The notes below the pieces were generated by a model. It searched no databases. It was not told where the DNA came from and saw only the letters and a list, made by a program, of their open reading frames with translations. DNA of 64,000 bases, from contig NZUJ01000124.1 of NCBI GenBank assembly GCA_002701295.1, positions 53,986 to 117,985 of the forward strand, written 5' to 3'. Below are positions 19,020 through 29,153 of the stretch, one piece after another (the first letter of the stretch is position 1; each line of letters opens with the position of its first letter). The position numbers were made by a program, and so were the translations under genes. The DNA comes from Ponticaulis sp. (GTDB lineage: Bacteria > Pseudomonadota > Alphaproteobacteria > Caulobacterales > Hyphomonadaceae).

Positions 19020-20288
19020 ATGAGCATGAATCTGCCCCAGTTTGGAACGAACACCCGTGGTAAAGCGGGACAAAGCTCGTTCTGGCAATCCATTGTGGCA
19101 CTCATGACACCCCCGGCAAAGTCGACATTGGCGGAATCGACGTCGCTTCGGATTCGGGTCGCCCGGCCTTTATGCATCTTTTTCATGATCTGGGTTCACA
19201 CCAACCCCGGCGCGGCAGAATTCAACATTGCCGAACACGGCATTCGAATTGCGGACTGGTATCGCTTCATCTTTGCTGACGGCGTGGGCCGTACCAGTAT
19301 TGGCCTTCTAGCCATCGCTTCAGGCTTCCTCGCCATCGGCACCGCGCGGGTCTTTCCGTTTGGGAAATTTGCAATGAAACGCGTCAAAAGCCTCCTGATG
19401 CCAATGGTCATCTGGAGTGCAATCATGCTCTGTTTCTATCTGCTCGGCGAACAGGTTGAACCGGGTTACCTGGAACGCCAGGTTGGCGAAGGCTGGTCCT
19501 GGGCACACGTACCAAACTGGCTGTTTGGCATTACGGATCACCCTGCAAACTTCCCGCTGGGCTTTCTGCGCGATCTATTCATCTGTGCGCTTCTGACCCC
19601 TGTTTTCGTGCTCGCTATGCGCAAGGCGGCGCTGCCGGTTCTTGCCGTACTGTTCATCCTGATGGTCACGCACGCGCCAACGCCTTTCCTCGGTAATAAC
19701 ATTCCGATGTTTTATGGTCTTGGCATCTGGCTCGCGCTGAACGGACGGTCACTTGAGCAATGGGCTGATGGGAACCGCATCAAGATCCTGCTGGCGTTTG
19801 CCGCTTACTCGACATTCATCACAGGCTTTCGTTTTTACGTGTTCGCTCATGAAGACATGCATCTCATGCCGATCTTCCTCGGATTCCTCGAGGTACAGCG
19901 TCTTTTCGGCGCGGCCGCATTCTGGGTCATCGCAGGCCTGATCGCGAAACAACCATGGTCCAGTCTGATCTCACGGTTTGAGCCTTTCTCATTCTTCGTC
20001 TTCTGCAGCCACATGATCATACTGACGCTGTATTGGGTGCCATTCCAGAAACTGGTCGGCGGCTATTACCACCCGCTTTATCCGGTATTCTTCACACTGG
20101 TCCCGATTGCGTCCTATCTGACGGCTGTAGCCGGTGCGCTGATCCTTGAACGCCTGCTTCCAACGCTCGCAGCAGGACTGAACGGTGGGCGGCCCCTGCC
20201 AAAAGACGGGTTTGCACGCCTGACCCGTCCGGTCTTTGCCAAGCCGATCAAACCATCTCAGACAGCCCAGGCCGGGAAGATTTTCTGA
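19020..20288 (+). CDS. Acyltransferase-3 family (ExoH-like polysaccharide acyltransferase)
   Basis: Multi-TM; R..CIFFMIWVH, SGFL, KRVKSLLMP..W, LGFLRDL. Confidence 0.75.
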   Translation: MSMNLPQFGTNTRGKAGQSSFWQSIVALMTPPAKSTLAESTSLRIRVARPLCIFFMIWVHTNPGAAEFNIAEHGIRIADWYRFIFADGVGRTSIGLLAIASGFLAIGTARVFPFGKFAMKRVKSLLMPMVIWSAIMLCFYLLGEQVEPGYLERQVGEGWSWAHVPNWLFGITDHPANFPLGFLRDLFICALLTPVFVLAMRKAALPVLAVLFILMVTHAPTPFLGNNIPMFYGLGIWLALNGRSLEQWADGNRIKILLAFAAYSTFITGFRFYVFAHEDMHLMPIFLGFLEVQRLFGAAAFWVIAGLIAKQPWSSLISRFEPFSFFVFCSHMIILTLYWVPFQKLVGGYYHPLYPVFFTLVPIASYLTAVAGALILERLLPTLAAGLNGGRPLPKDGFARLTRPVFAKPIKPSQTAQAGKIF

Positions 20289-20741
20289 TCAGATCAGGAA
20301 AATCCGGATCAGCTCGCGGATCACAATCACAAACAGACAGATTGAAGACGCGACGAAGGCATAGAACCGGTAGACCACAATATTGATGGTCGCCTGGATG
20401 AAGGAATGCATGATCCTGATGATCACATATCCCCACAGAAGGGCGACATTTACATTGTCATAGCCGCCACCGAGCGCGAGGAAAAATGCCAACGCATAGA
20501 AGAGTGTCGGCTGCTCATGCAGATGATTGTAATTGTCTGAGACGTTCCGCACTTTTTCTGGCAACAGATCTGCCAGTTGATCGGTATACTTCCCCTTTTG
20601 CGGATGGATTTTCTCCCTCTGCATCGTCGGAATTCGGGTCAGCATCACCCAGAGCCACACGACCAGCGTCCACGTAATCAGCGCCAGAACAGGCAGCAGG
20701 GCTTTGAATTGAGCATAATTCAGCGCTTCAGGCATGGTCAT
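20289..20741 (-). CDS. MAPEG family membrane protein
   Basis: NYNHLHEQPTLFY, RIMHS. Confidence 0.85.
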   Translation of the reverse strand: MTMPEALNYAQFKALLPVLALITWTLVVWLWVMLTRIPTMQREKIHPQKGKYTDQLADLLPEKVRNVSDNYNHLHEQPTLFYALAFFLALGGGYDNVNVALLWGYVIIRIMHSFIQATINIVVYRFYAFVASSICLFVIVIRELIRIFLI

Positions 20742-20844
20742 CTCCCCGTTTGAGGACAGTCTTATCCGAAAAGGGATGTTTTGCCACTTGCCAGATTAAC
20801 CACGATCATAAATACTACTTTAAATTGTTTTTATGGAGATAACT

Positions 20845-21351
20845 ATGGCTGATACAGCAACCCTGCAATCTGACCCATCAGGCAACACAGCTGAAAACTG
20901 GGGACTGACAGCCGTCAAAACCGCTCTGGCACCGGGCGGGCGGGCCTATGATCTACCCTTCATGAAAACGGCTGGCTTTTCTGACAGCATCACGCTCTTG
21001 CAGGCTGAGAAAGGTTTAGTGCTGATCGAATGGCAAGCAGACGCGCCACTGAACAGTTATGACGGCATCATCCATGGCGGGATGCAGACTGCACTTGCCG
21101 ATATCGCACAGGGCCACGCCTTTTCTACGCTGATTGACGCGCCATGCGGCTTTTCAACGGTCGACCTCACATCGCGTTATCTACGCCCCATGCCGTCTGG
21201 CCGGACCTATCAGGTGGAGACAAAAGTTCTGGAAAGCACGCGTCGCACAGCACTTATTGAGACGGTTATCCGCCGGGAAGATGGCAAAACCGTCTCACGG
21301 TTTCTGGGCAACTGGCAGATCGTCCAGAGAGAGTTTCAGCTGAAGAACTAG
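20845..21351 (+). CDS. PaaI family thioesterase
   Basis: NSYDGIIHGG...LAD, TVDLTSRYLRP. Confidence 0.85.
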   Translation: MADTATLQSDPSGNTAENWGLTAVKTALAPGGRAYDLPFMKTAGFSDSITLLQAEKGLVLIEWQADAPLNSYDGIIHGGMQTALADIAQGHAFSTLIDAPCGFSTVDLTSRYLRPMPSGRTYQVETKVLESTRRTALIETVIRREDGKTVSRFLGNWQIVQREFQLKN

Positions 21352-21720
21352 CTAGCGGTCTTCGAAGCGCGCCTGTTCGGCCTTGTTCGCAATCTGAAGC
21401 GCCATAAGGAGGGATTTTGCTTTAGGCAACATGACCAGGCTGGCCACTATGGTGACGAACACCAGGCCGAACATCATCAAGAGCTTCCACCACATTGGCT
21501 GGTCGGCCATGGGGATGATGAAGCCGAACGGCGCAAACAAAATCAGAACGATGAAACCAACAAAAAAAGCCGGGCCGTCAGCGGTATCCGCTTTGGTAAA
21601 ATCCTGGCCACAGGCTTCGCAGGCTGGCTTGAATTTCAGATAGCCGCGAAAAACGCGACCCTGACCGCAGGTCGGGCAACGCTCAGCGAGGCCCGCGGAA
21701 ATGGGGGAAACTTTGCTCAT
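21352..21720 (-). CDS. DUF983 family membrane protein
   Basis: RCPTCGQGRVFRGYLK...CEACG...ADGPAFF. Confidence 0.85.
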   Translation of the reverse strand: MSKVSPISAGLAERCPTCGQGRVFRGYLKFKPACEACGQDFTKADTADGPAFFVGFIVLILFAPFGFIIPMADQPMWWKLLMMFGLVFVTIVASLVMLPKAKSLLMALQIANKAEQARFEDR

Positions 21721-21737
21721 GTTTCCCACATGAAAGC

Positions 21738-21766
21738 AAAACGCCGCGAGGTCAACGCGGCGTTTT
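21738..21766. terminator. Bidirectional-type terminator downstream of cytochrome c
   Basis: AAAACGCCGCG-aggtcaa-CGCGGCGTTTT perfect stem. Confidence 0.8.
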
Positions 21767-21787
21767 AGCATTTTCTAATATTATATT

Positions 21788-22219
21788 TTAGTCGAGGCTG
21801 GCGATAAAGGCCGCAACATTGGCCGCTGCCGCTTCGTTTGGTGCGCCGATCGGCATGCTGCCACGAATACCCGTGTCGCCGATAAAGTCGGCAAGGAATG
21901 CATTCGGGCTTGCAATGTAGGCGACGAGATTTTCTTCAGTCCAGACAAGACCCTGATCTTTCGCTGCCATCATTGCAGGCGAATAGCGACCAAAATTCTC
22001 AACGGAGCCAGCAGGCTGTCCCGCGATACCATACAGGTTCGGACCAACCATACCGGCAGCACCTGCCAGAAGGTTACCCTCGCCATCCTTCACGACATGG
22101 CATGTCTGGCACTGCAGAAACACGCCAGCGCCAGCTTCAGCGTCGCCAGAAAAGTCTTCAGCGACAGCTGGACCAGCAGCAGCGAGAGCGAGTGCAGAAA
22201 GAGCAATTTTAAATTTCAC
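21788..22219 (-). CDS. Periplasmic cytochrome c2-like class I cytochrome c
   Basis: Signal peptide, CQTCH, GPNL, distal Met (GSM). Confidence 0.9.
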   Translation of the reverse strand: MKFKIALSALALAAAGPAVAEDFSGDAEAGAGVFLQCQTCHVVKDGEGNLLAGAAGMVGPNLYGIAGQPAGSVENFGRYSPAMMAAKDQGLVWTEENLVAYIASPNAFLADFIGDTGIRGSMPIGAPNEAAAANVAAFIASLD

Positions 22220-22335
22220 GAGATTCCCCTAGCATTTTTATCAAGAACTCAGGAGCATATGTCCGTTTGATAACGGCGATAGTCAACTCACATGAGCAGT
22301 TACGTTTTCGTGATTACCATACTCAGTTTGAACCA

Positions 22336-23013
22336 ATGCTGAACGAATTGAAGAACTGGCCAAAAACTGAGCGCGATGCGCTGGACCTTCAGGCGCGGCT
22401 CGCCGCTGAGGTCAGGGCTGTTCCCTTAAACAAGCCGCCGGAGACAATTGCCGGCGTCGACGTCGCGTATAACGACGCGACAGGCTTATTGATCGCTGCC
22501 ATTACCGTTCTTGACGCGAAGACTTTAAACTTGGTGGATCAGGCCGTGTTTGAGGGAAAAGTCGACTTCCCTTACGTCCCGGGATTGTTCTCTTTTCGGG
22601 AGCTGCCGCCTGCCCTCGAAGCAGACCGGCAACTGAAAATCAGACCCGACCTGTATATTTGCGATGGACACGGGCTGGCCCATCCTCGCCATTTTGGTCT
22701 GGCCTGCCATCTGGGACTTGCCCTCAACACGCCTGCAATCGGATGCGCCAAAACCCATTTGTACGGAACCTCATGCCCGCCCGGCGAACTCCGCGGAGAA
22801 AAGGCGCCCATTCTGGACGGTGATACTCAGATTGGCGCTGTGCTGAGAACGCAGACGGGCGTCAAACCCGTCTATGTTTCGATCGGTCATCTCATAACGT
22901 TGGATGAGGCTGTTGCGGTCACGTTGAACGCCAGCCCCAAATACAGGCTTCCGGAGACAACCCGGTCGGCGGACCAACTTGTCCGCCAACGTCTGAAACA
23001 GGCCTCGGGTTAG
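22336..23013 (+). CDS. nfi: Endonuclease V
   Basis: AGVDVAY, FPYVPGLFSFRE, CDGHG.AHPRHFG, GCAK. Confidence 0.93.
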   Translation: MLNELKNWPKTERDALDLQARLAAEVRAVPLNKPPETIAGVDVAYNDATGLLIAAITVLDAKTLNLVDQAVFEGKVDFPYVPGLFSFRELPPALEADRQLKIRPDLYICDGHGLAHPRHFGLACHLGLALNTPAIGCAKTHLYGTSCPPGELRGEKAPILDGDTQIGAVLRTQTGVKPVYVSIGHLITLDEAVAVTLNASPKYRLPETTRSADQLVRQRLKQASG

Positions 23014-24092
23014 CGCCAGCCTGCCCGGTCGAACACCTGCACGGCCAGGGTCTGATTTTCGCCAAGCGCAGACACATGCAGATCATCTTCTTCAAAACTG
23101 CCAAGCGTTGTCACCTGTTCAGCTGTCGTGGCCGCTTCATTGATTGGATATTCGTTATTGCCCGCCGAAAAAGCCTCCTGGACGTCAGGCCGTGTCAGAA
23201 ACTCGATCAGGGCAACCGCATTGTCTTTGTTCTTGGCGAATTTCGTCAGACCAATGCCAGAGACATTCACGTGCGTTCCAGAGGTGTCCTGATTGGGAAA
23301 GATAATTCCAATCTCATCGTAAACCTGTTGTGTCGCCGCATCATCTGACGCGCCGAACCGGGCAATGTAATAGGTATTCGCAAGGCCAATGCCGCATTCG
23401 CCAGCTGCGATGGCCCGGAGGATAGAAGTATCATTGCCCTGTGGCGGACGCGCAAAGTTTGCGACCACGTCTTCTGCCCATTCCTGTGCCGCAGCTTCAC
23501 CGTCCCGTTCGATAATCGACGCCATCAAAGAGAGATTGTAGATATTCGTCGACGATCGCATGCAGATCTGCCCAGAATAAGCAGGATCTGCGAGGTCCTC
23601 ATAAGTCTCCAGACCTTCAGGCGGACCGTCCGCTTTGCGGTAGACAATCACGCGCGCGCGTTTGGTAATGCCCCACCATTTCCCCTCAGGATCGTGAAAT
23701 GCATCCGGCACGCGCGAACTTAGCGTCTCCGTCTCCAATGGTTGAAAGACATCAGCATCAACGGCGCGCCATAACCTGCCAGCATCGACGGTGATCAGAA
23801 CATCGGCGGGCGAGAATTCAGCTTCACTTTTCAGGCGCTGGATCAGCTGATCGCTATCCGCTTCCAGAAGGTTCAGCTTGATCCCGGTCTCGCAGGTAAA
23901 CTGGTCGAAAATCACGCGGTCGCTGTCATAATGGCGAGCCGAATAAACATTCACCGATCCGGCACCATCGGCACAGGCTGCTTCCTGCGGCGCAGGGGCA
24001 TCTGATGACGCGACGGGCGTATCCGTAGATGGCGAACCACAGGCTGCCAGACCAAAACTCAACACCAGCGACTTGATTACATGTTTGGCCAA
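23010..24092 (-). CDS. Fe3+ ABC transporter substrate-binding lipoprotein (FutA/FbpA-like)
   Basis: LAAC lipobox, YSARHY, SPADVL.TVDAGRL, NTYY; TTG start with AAGGAGG RBS. Confidence 0.9.
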   Translation of the reverse strand: MAKHVIKSLVLSFGLAACGSPSTDTPVASSDAPAPQEAACADGAGSVNVYSARHYDSDRVIFDQFTCETGIKLNLLEADSDQLIQRLKSEAEFSPADVLITVDAGRLWRAVDADVFQPLETETLSSRVPDAFHDPEGKWWGITKRARVIVYRKADGPPEGLETYEDLADPAYSGQICMRSSTNIYNLSLMASIIERDGEAAAQEWAEDVVANFARPPQGNDTSILRAIAAGECGIGLANTYYIARFGASDDAATQQVYDEIGIIFPNQDTSGTHVNVSGIGLTKFAKNKDNAVALIEFLTRPDVQEAFSAGNNEYPINEAATTAEQVTTLGSFEEDDLHVSALGENQTLAVQVFDRAGWR

Positions 24093-24106
24093 TGCGGCCT
24101 CCTTAT

Positions 24107-24147
24107 TGAGAACTATTCTTACCTAGAGGGTATGCGAGTAATTCTCA
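24107..24147. promoter_or_regulatory. Two Fur-like 7-1-7 boxes upstream of the Fe3+-binding protein gene
   Basis: TGAGAAC-T-ATTCTTA (24107-24121) and TGCGAGT-A-ATTCTCA (24133-24147). Confidence 0.65.
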
Positions 24148-24157
24148 AGAGCGGAGA

Positions 24158-25216
24158 TCAAGACTTTCGTCGAAACAGAAATGCGTTGTGCGATTGAAGC
24201 GATAATTCACCGCGCATGCCGATGGCATAGTTTTCTGAAAAACTGGCATCAACGCGGACCAGCTGCGCTGACGGAGAGTCGTCAACCGACAGAAACAAGA
24301 CTTCGCCCGTGCTGCGATAGCGGATATCCCGCACTTCCCAGGGCCCGGAGTTTGATTCACGGAAGCTCAGACCAGCGGGTCTTGTTACCAATGTATCCGA
24401 CTGATCTGTGTCGTCATTCCGGTCGATCACGCCAAGTTGGAAGGGCCCGGCCTCAGAATTGAAAACACCATCACTAACTGAGCCCTCAAAGGTTTGTGCC
24501 TCGCCAAACAGGCTGGCGACCTCTGCATTCCGGGGAGAATTGATGATCTTGTCCGGCGTATCCACCTGGAGAATTCGTCCATCAGACATGACGGCAATGC
24601 GGTCAGCCATCTCCAGCGCTTCATCGGGATCGTGGGTCACCAGAATGGCGGCACTTTCCGCGCGCTTCAGCAAGACACGCGCAGATTCGCGCAGTGATCG
24701 GCGCAACACGACATCCACGCTGGCATAAGGTTCATCAAGCAGCATGATGGCTGGTGATGGTGCAAGTGCCCGTGCAAGAGCCACGCGTTGTTGTTGCCCG
24801 CCGGATAACGTTCCCGGCTTTCGATCATCAAGCCCGGTCAGGCCGACCATATCGATCAATTCTTTCCGACGCGCCTGACGCGCATGCAGGGAAAGGCTCT
24901 TCAGGCCGAATTCGATATTCTCCGCGACACTCATATGCGGAAACAATGCGTGCTCCTGAAACACCAGTCCAACAGGGCGCTTTTCGGGTGCAGGGTGCAG
25001 ATCAGACGTCGCCAAAGTCGTCTCGTCTATCCGGATCCGTCCGTCGGTCAGCCGCTCCAGACCAGCCACCAGCCGCAAGAGAGTTGTTTTGCCACATCCC
25101 GAAGGTCCGAGCAGACACATAACCTCTTTCGGCTCGACGGTCAGCGACAAGCCCTTCAGCGTTTTGTTGTCCCCGTAGACATGAGAGAGATTTTCGAGAA
25201 TGAGTGTCATGCGCAT
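24158..25216 (-). CDS. Fe3+ ABC transporter ATP-binding protein (FbpC-like)
   Basis: GPSGCGKT, LSGGQQQRVALARAL, LLDEP, THD. Confidence 0.9.
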   Translation of the reverse strand: MRMTLILENLSHVYGDNKTLKGLSLTVEPKEVMCLLGPSGCGKTTLLRLVAGLERLTDGRIRIDETTLATSDLHPAPEKRPVGLVFQEHALFPHMSVAENIEFGLKSLSLHARQARRKELIDMVGLTGLDDRKPGTLSGGQQQRVALARALAPSPAIMLLDEPYASVDVVLRRSLRESARVLLKRAESAAILVTHDPDEALEMADRIAVMSDGRILQVDTPDKIINSPRNAEVASLFGEAQTFEGSVSDGVFNSEAGPFQLGVIDRNDDTDQSDTLVTRPAGLSFRESNSGPWEVRDIRYRSTGEVLFLSVDDSPSAQLVRVDASFSENYAIGMRGELSLQSHNAFLFRRKS

Positions 25217-25252
25217 TCTTTTGACTAAGGAAGCTTCACCCTCTAAAGGCAG

Positions 25253-26935
25253 ATGATGACAGCGTCAAAGCTCTTCCTTGCCAATACGGACATATCTCGC
25301 CCGATCAGTCGGCGCGGAATGGTGATGGCGATTGCCCTGATTGTTCTGGCGGGCCTGCTGATGCTGCCTGTTCTCGGGGTTCTCGTGGGCTCATTCGGCG
25401 AAAGTGATGGGACCTGGAACCATATCCGCGAGACCGTTCTCACCGAGTATCTGCTCCATACGCTCGGGCTTCTGATGATAGTCGGCGTTCTGACGGCAGG
25501 CATAGGAACAGGCGCAGCATGGATTGTGTCCACACTGAATTTTCCAGGGCGCAAACTTCTTGAATGGCTGCTGGTGCTACCGATTGCCTCGCCTGCCTAC
25601 ATCATCGCTTATGTCTATACCGACCTTCTGGAGTTTGCTGGCCCGGTTCAGACCAGTCTTCGACATCTGACGGGATGGGGCGCGAATGACTATTGGTTCC
25701 CGGAGATCAGATCCCTCCAGGGTGCGGGCATCGTTCTGGCATCGGTTTTATACCCTTATGTCTATCTTATCACGCGCAGCGCCTTCCTGAACCAGTCTCA
25801 AACGCGATTTCATGCCGCCAGGTCACTCGGCGCTTCGCCATTCAGAGCTTTCTGGTCCGTCGCCCTGCCAAGCGCGCGTGCAGCTATTATCGCCGGTGTC
25901 GCGCTGGCCCTCATGGAAACGGCCGCAGATTTTGGCGTATCCGATTATTTCGGCATTACGACCTTTTCGACCGGCATTTACCGCGCCTGGTATGGTATGG
26001 GCGACCCCGTCTCCTCGCTGCGGCTTGCGGGTTGCCTCCTGTTTCTTGTCGCGGCGATCCTCGTGATTGAGCGCGTCAGCCGTGCCAATCAGGGCGGCAA
26101 TGCCATTGCGCGCGATGTAACAGTGCGCCGGATGACGCCGGGGCCTTTCAGCCAGTTTATCTGTTTTCTGGCCTGCGCTCTGCCGGTTTTGATCGGTTTT
26201 GTGATTCCGGTCGGCACACTGGCCATTCTGGCATTTGGCGAAGGGTTTCAAGCGGGCGTCAGTGAGTTTTTGCGAAGCGTCAGCAACAGCCTCACGCTTT
26301 CTGTTATCATCTCAATTCTCACCCTCGGGATTTCGCTTTTTCTGGCCTATGCCCAGCGGGGTCGCACGCGGAATGATCTTTCCCGCTTTTCAGGCGCAGC
26401 AACGCGACTGGCGACGCTCGGCTACGCCCTGCCCGGTACATTGCTCGCTGTCGGTTTGCTTTTGCCGCTGATCGCTCTGGATAAATCCATTTCTCGCTTG
26501 GCGCAGGACTTTCTGGGCGTAAATCCCGGCCTTGTGCTGACCGGCTCGATTGCAACGCTCATCTATGCCTGCACCATCCGGTTCCTGACGGTGTCCTACA
26601 ATACGGTGGAGCCAGCAGTGAATGCGATCCCGCGGGCTGTCGACGAAGCCGCAAGAACACTTGGCTCACGCCTTTCGAGAATTGTGTATGAGATCCACTT
26701 ACCCGGCCTGAAGCCAGCGCTTTATTCGGCCGCACTGCTGGTCTTCATCGACACCATGCGCGAACTGCCTGCGACGCTTCTGCTCAGACCATTCAATTTC
26801 GAGACCTTGGCAACCCGGGTGTATCGACTGGCCAGCGATGAGCGACTTTCCGAAGCCTCCATCTCAGCTTTGGCACTGGTGCTGATTGGTCTGATCCCGG
26901 TCATCCTGATCAACAAGGTATCGCGATCAAGCTGA
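25253..26935 (+). CDS. Fe3+ ABC transporter permease (FbpB-like)
   Basis: Duplicated permease; YPYVYL, ARSLG, ADFG, RELPATLLLRPFNFETLA. Confidence 0.9.
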   Translation: MMTASKLFLANTDISRPISRRGMVMAIALIVLAGLLMLPVLGVLVGSFGESDGTWNHIRETVLTEYLLHTLGLLMIVGVLTAGIGTGAAWIVSTLNFPGRKLLEWLLVLPIASPAYIIAYVYTDLLEFAGPVQTSLRHLTGWGANDYWFPEIRSLQGAGIVLASVLYPYVYLITRSAFLNQSQTRFHAARSLGASPFRAFWSVALPSARAAIIAGVALALMETAADFGVSDYFGITTFSTGIYRAWYGMGDPVSSLRLAGCLLFLVAAILVIERVSRANQGGNAIARDVTVRRMTPGPFSQFICFLACALPVLIGFVIPVGTLAILAFGEGFQAGVSEFLRSVSNSLTLSVIISILTLGISLFLAYAQRGRTRNDLSRFSGAATRLATLGYALPGTLLAVGLLLPLIALDKSISRLAQDFLGVNPGLVLTGSIATLIYACTIRFLTVSYNTVEPAVNAIPRAVDEAARTLGSRLSRIVYEIHLPGLKPALYSAALLVFIDTMRELPATLLLRPFNFETLATRVYRLASDERLSEASISALALVLIGLIPVILINKVSRSS

Positions 26936-26937
26936 GA

Positions 26938-27738
26938 TCAAAGCAGCCCTTTTTCGCGCAATAGACGTTCAGCAAGCGCCAGATCCTCAGGTGTATCCAC
27001 CCCTGAAATGCTGATCTCCGGTTCGGGCACCTCGACCACGCGAATGCTCATCCCGGCTTCGAGCAGTCGTAGCTGTTCCAGCCCTTCCAGCTTCTCATAG
27101 GTCGACTCGGGCATACCGGCGAACCGTTTGAGCGCGGCAGTAGTGTAAGCATAGAGCCCGATATGTCTCAGCACGGGAGAAAGACCACTCGTGATCCGCA
27201 ACTGATCTTCCTTGCGCATGGCCGGAATGACATTCTTCGAGAACCAAAGCGCCCGACCATCCGTGCCGCATATACAGGTTGTCCCGCTGAACGGCGCTGC
27301 AATCTTGTGGTCGCGCAACTGATCAAGCGCGTCCCATGACAGCCGCACAACCGGGGTGGCAACGTCGTCACCACTATTGAGCGCCGCCTCGGCGATATCA
27401 GCCACCATTTGCGGCGGGGTGAACGGCGCATCGCCTTGCAGATTCACGACGACTTCCGGGTTCGCCCCCAGAGCATCCAACGCCGCGAGCGCGCGATCCG
27501 TCCCTGTTGGCACGTCGCTTGGCGTCATCACGACGCGTACGCCAGCTTCCTCGCAATGTGCAAAAATTCGGTCGTCATCGGTCGCAACAACGCACTCGGC
27601 ATCGGTCATCTGGCTGGCAGCTGTCTGCGCCGCATCTGCGACACGCAGAACCATGGACCGACCACCGATCTCAGCGAGAGGCTTACCCGGAAAGCGCTTT
27701 GACCCATACCGGGCCGGAACAACTATCAGACTGCGCAT
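26938..27738 (-). CDS. kdsB: 3-deoxy-manno-octulosonate cytidylyltransferase
   Basis: IVVPARYGSKRFPGKPL, NLQGD, HIGLYAY, EGLEQLR, VDTPED. Confidence 0.85.
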   Translation of the reverse strand: MRSLIVVPARYGSKRFPGKPLAEIGGRSMVLRVADAAQTAASQMTDAECVVATDDDRIFAHCEEAGVRVVMTPSDVPTGTDRALAALDALGANPEVVVNLQGDAPFTPPQMVADIAEAALNSGDDVATPVVRLSWDALDQLRDHKIAAPFSGTTCICGTDGRALWFSKNVIPAMRKEDQLRITSGLSPVLRHIGLYAYTTAALKRFAGMPESTYEKLEGLEQLRLLEAGMSIRVVEVPEPEISISGVDTPEDLALAERLLREKGLL

Positions 27739-27859
27739 GATTGACCCTAAACTCACTGATCGCGTGACCAACCGAACATGAAGCGGCACCCCTGCCATTG
27801 TCAATTTGTCACGTAAAGGCGTTTCCGGGAACGCAGCAATCATCACAAAGGCGGAATGA

Positions 27860-28474
27860 ATGGCTGAGTCACTACTCGACAGGGCGCTGAAGCACACATT
27901 GAACGTGGAAGGGGGTTTTGTTGACCACCCCGAAGACCCGGGAGGCGCAACGCGATACGGCATCACCCGGGAGACACTATCTGACTGGCTCGGGCTGCAG
28001 GCCTCAACGCATGATGTTGCGACCCTTCAATGGTCCACTGCGAGTGACATTTACAAAGCTCGATATTGGACAATGATCCGAGCTGATGAACTGCCCGACG
28101 CGCTTGCCGTTCTGACCTTCGATGCGGCAGTTAATTCAGGCGTCCATATCGCCGTCAGAACGCTTCAACGTGCACTGAATCATCGTGGCGCGGGCCTCAT
28201 CGAAGATGGCCTGATCGGCCCAGCCACGCTGCGTGCTGCAAAAGAGGCCACACATTCAAAGCATGCCCTGATGGCGGTGATGGATGAGTTCGTCGTCAAG
28301 CGGGGCATGTTCTACGCTGCGCTCGACACATTTGATATCTTCGGGCTTGGCTGGATCAGGCGCCTCGTTTCGACAGCGCGTCTGGCTCACGAAATCGCTG
28401 ATGAGACCTTCAGGGGAAACAACCGCGCCTGCCCGGACAACTGCGCCGAACCCGGCATATGCCGCGAAGCTTGA
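27860..28474 (+). CDS. GH108 N-acetylmuramidase with PG-binding C-terminal region
   Basis: EGGFVDHPEDPGGATRYGIT, FDAAVNSG, DGLIGPATL, FGLGWIRR. Confidence 0.85.
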   Translation: MAESLLDRALKHTLNVEGGFVDHPEDPGGATRYGITRETLSDWLGLQASTHDVATLQWSTASDIYKARYWTMIRADELPDALAVLTFDAAVNSGVHIAVRTLQRALNHRGAGLIEDGLIGPATLRAAKEATHSKHALMAVMDEFVVKRGMFYAALDTFDIFGLGWIRRLVSTARLAHEIADETFRGNNRACPDNCAEPGICREA

Positions 28475-28478
28475 GCCG

Positions 28479-29153
28479 CTAGTTCACTTCCTGCAGGTTT
28501 TCCACGGTCTGCACAGTGACATCCCATTCGCGCTCACCGAGCGTGGACAGGTCCATCGAGACCGTCAGCTGCTGGAAATAGGGCCGGCCAGACGGCGCAG
28601 CCACGCACGAGCCTTCGAGTTTGAAAGCGTTGATCTTCGCCACCACAGCCGGCTTGAAAGGCTCGGTCAGTTCATAGACCACATCGCTGATCTGACGAGA
28701 GGCTTTATTCACGGTCACCCGGGCGACGCTCTTTTCAAGAAGAGCCGCTTCATCCTCATCTGCCAACGGGTCAGTGGGCTGGAAGGCAAAGGTCACGGTG
28801 TCCTCGTCTTCTGCGACCTGACGCACATCGCCCGCAACCTTGTGCGCGACATCATCGCACCAGATGTCATCGCCCTCGCCCTCCAGCTCGATAAGGAGGT
28901 CATCCTTATTCCGCTCAAACTTTTTCGACAGCGAGATGAACTCAAATTCGGGCGTTGCACCAGGTGTGAACCGATAGCGCATGACCTCGTCGCCGGTGAC
29001 ATCGCGACTGGACGCTTCATAGCTGTAAAGTGTGACAGGACCGGCCGGCCCGCTGACGGCATCGCTGAACAGTTCCGGCCAGTCAGACGCACTCGCGCTC
29101 ATCGGCAGTAGAGCGAGAGCAAAAAAGGGTATCGCCAAAATTTTCAGAGCCAT
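28479..29153 (-). CDS. Secreted hypothetical protein, paralog A
   Basis: Signal peptide; DWPELF, IWCDD, CVAAPSGRPYF; aligns by eye with 30518-31219. Confidence 0.75.
   Translation of the reverse strand: MALKILAIPFFALALLPMSASASDWPELFSDAVSGPAGPVTLYSYEASSRDVTGDEVMRYRFTPGATPEFEFISLSKKFERNKDDLLIELEGEGDDIWCDDVAHKVAGDVRQVAEDEDTVTFAFQPTDPLADEDEAALLEKSVARVTVNKASRQISDVVYELTEPFKPAVVAKINAFKLEGSCVAAPSGRPYFQQLTVSMDLSTLGEREWDVTVQTVENLQEVN

Noticed and set aside
27739-27966. Long N-terminal extension of KdsB in the ORF track
   Set aside because: Overlaps the divergent GH108 gene; the family motif starts at ATG 27738
13697-28474. Prophage suggested by the CI-like repressor and the GH108 lysin
   Set aside because: They are 13 kb apart with housekeeping genes between; no integrase, terminase, capsid or att sites seen
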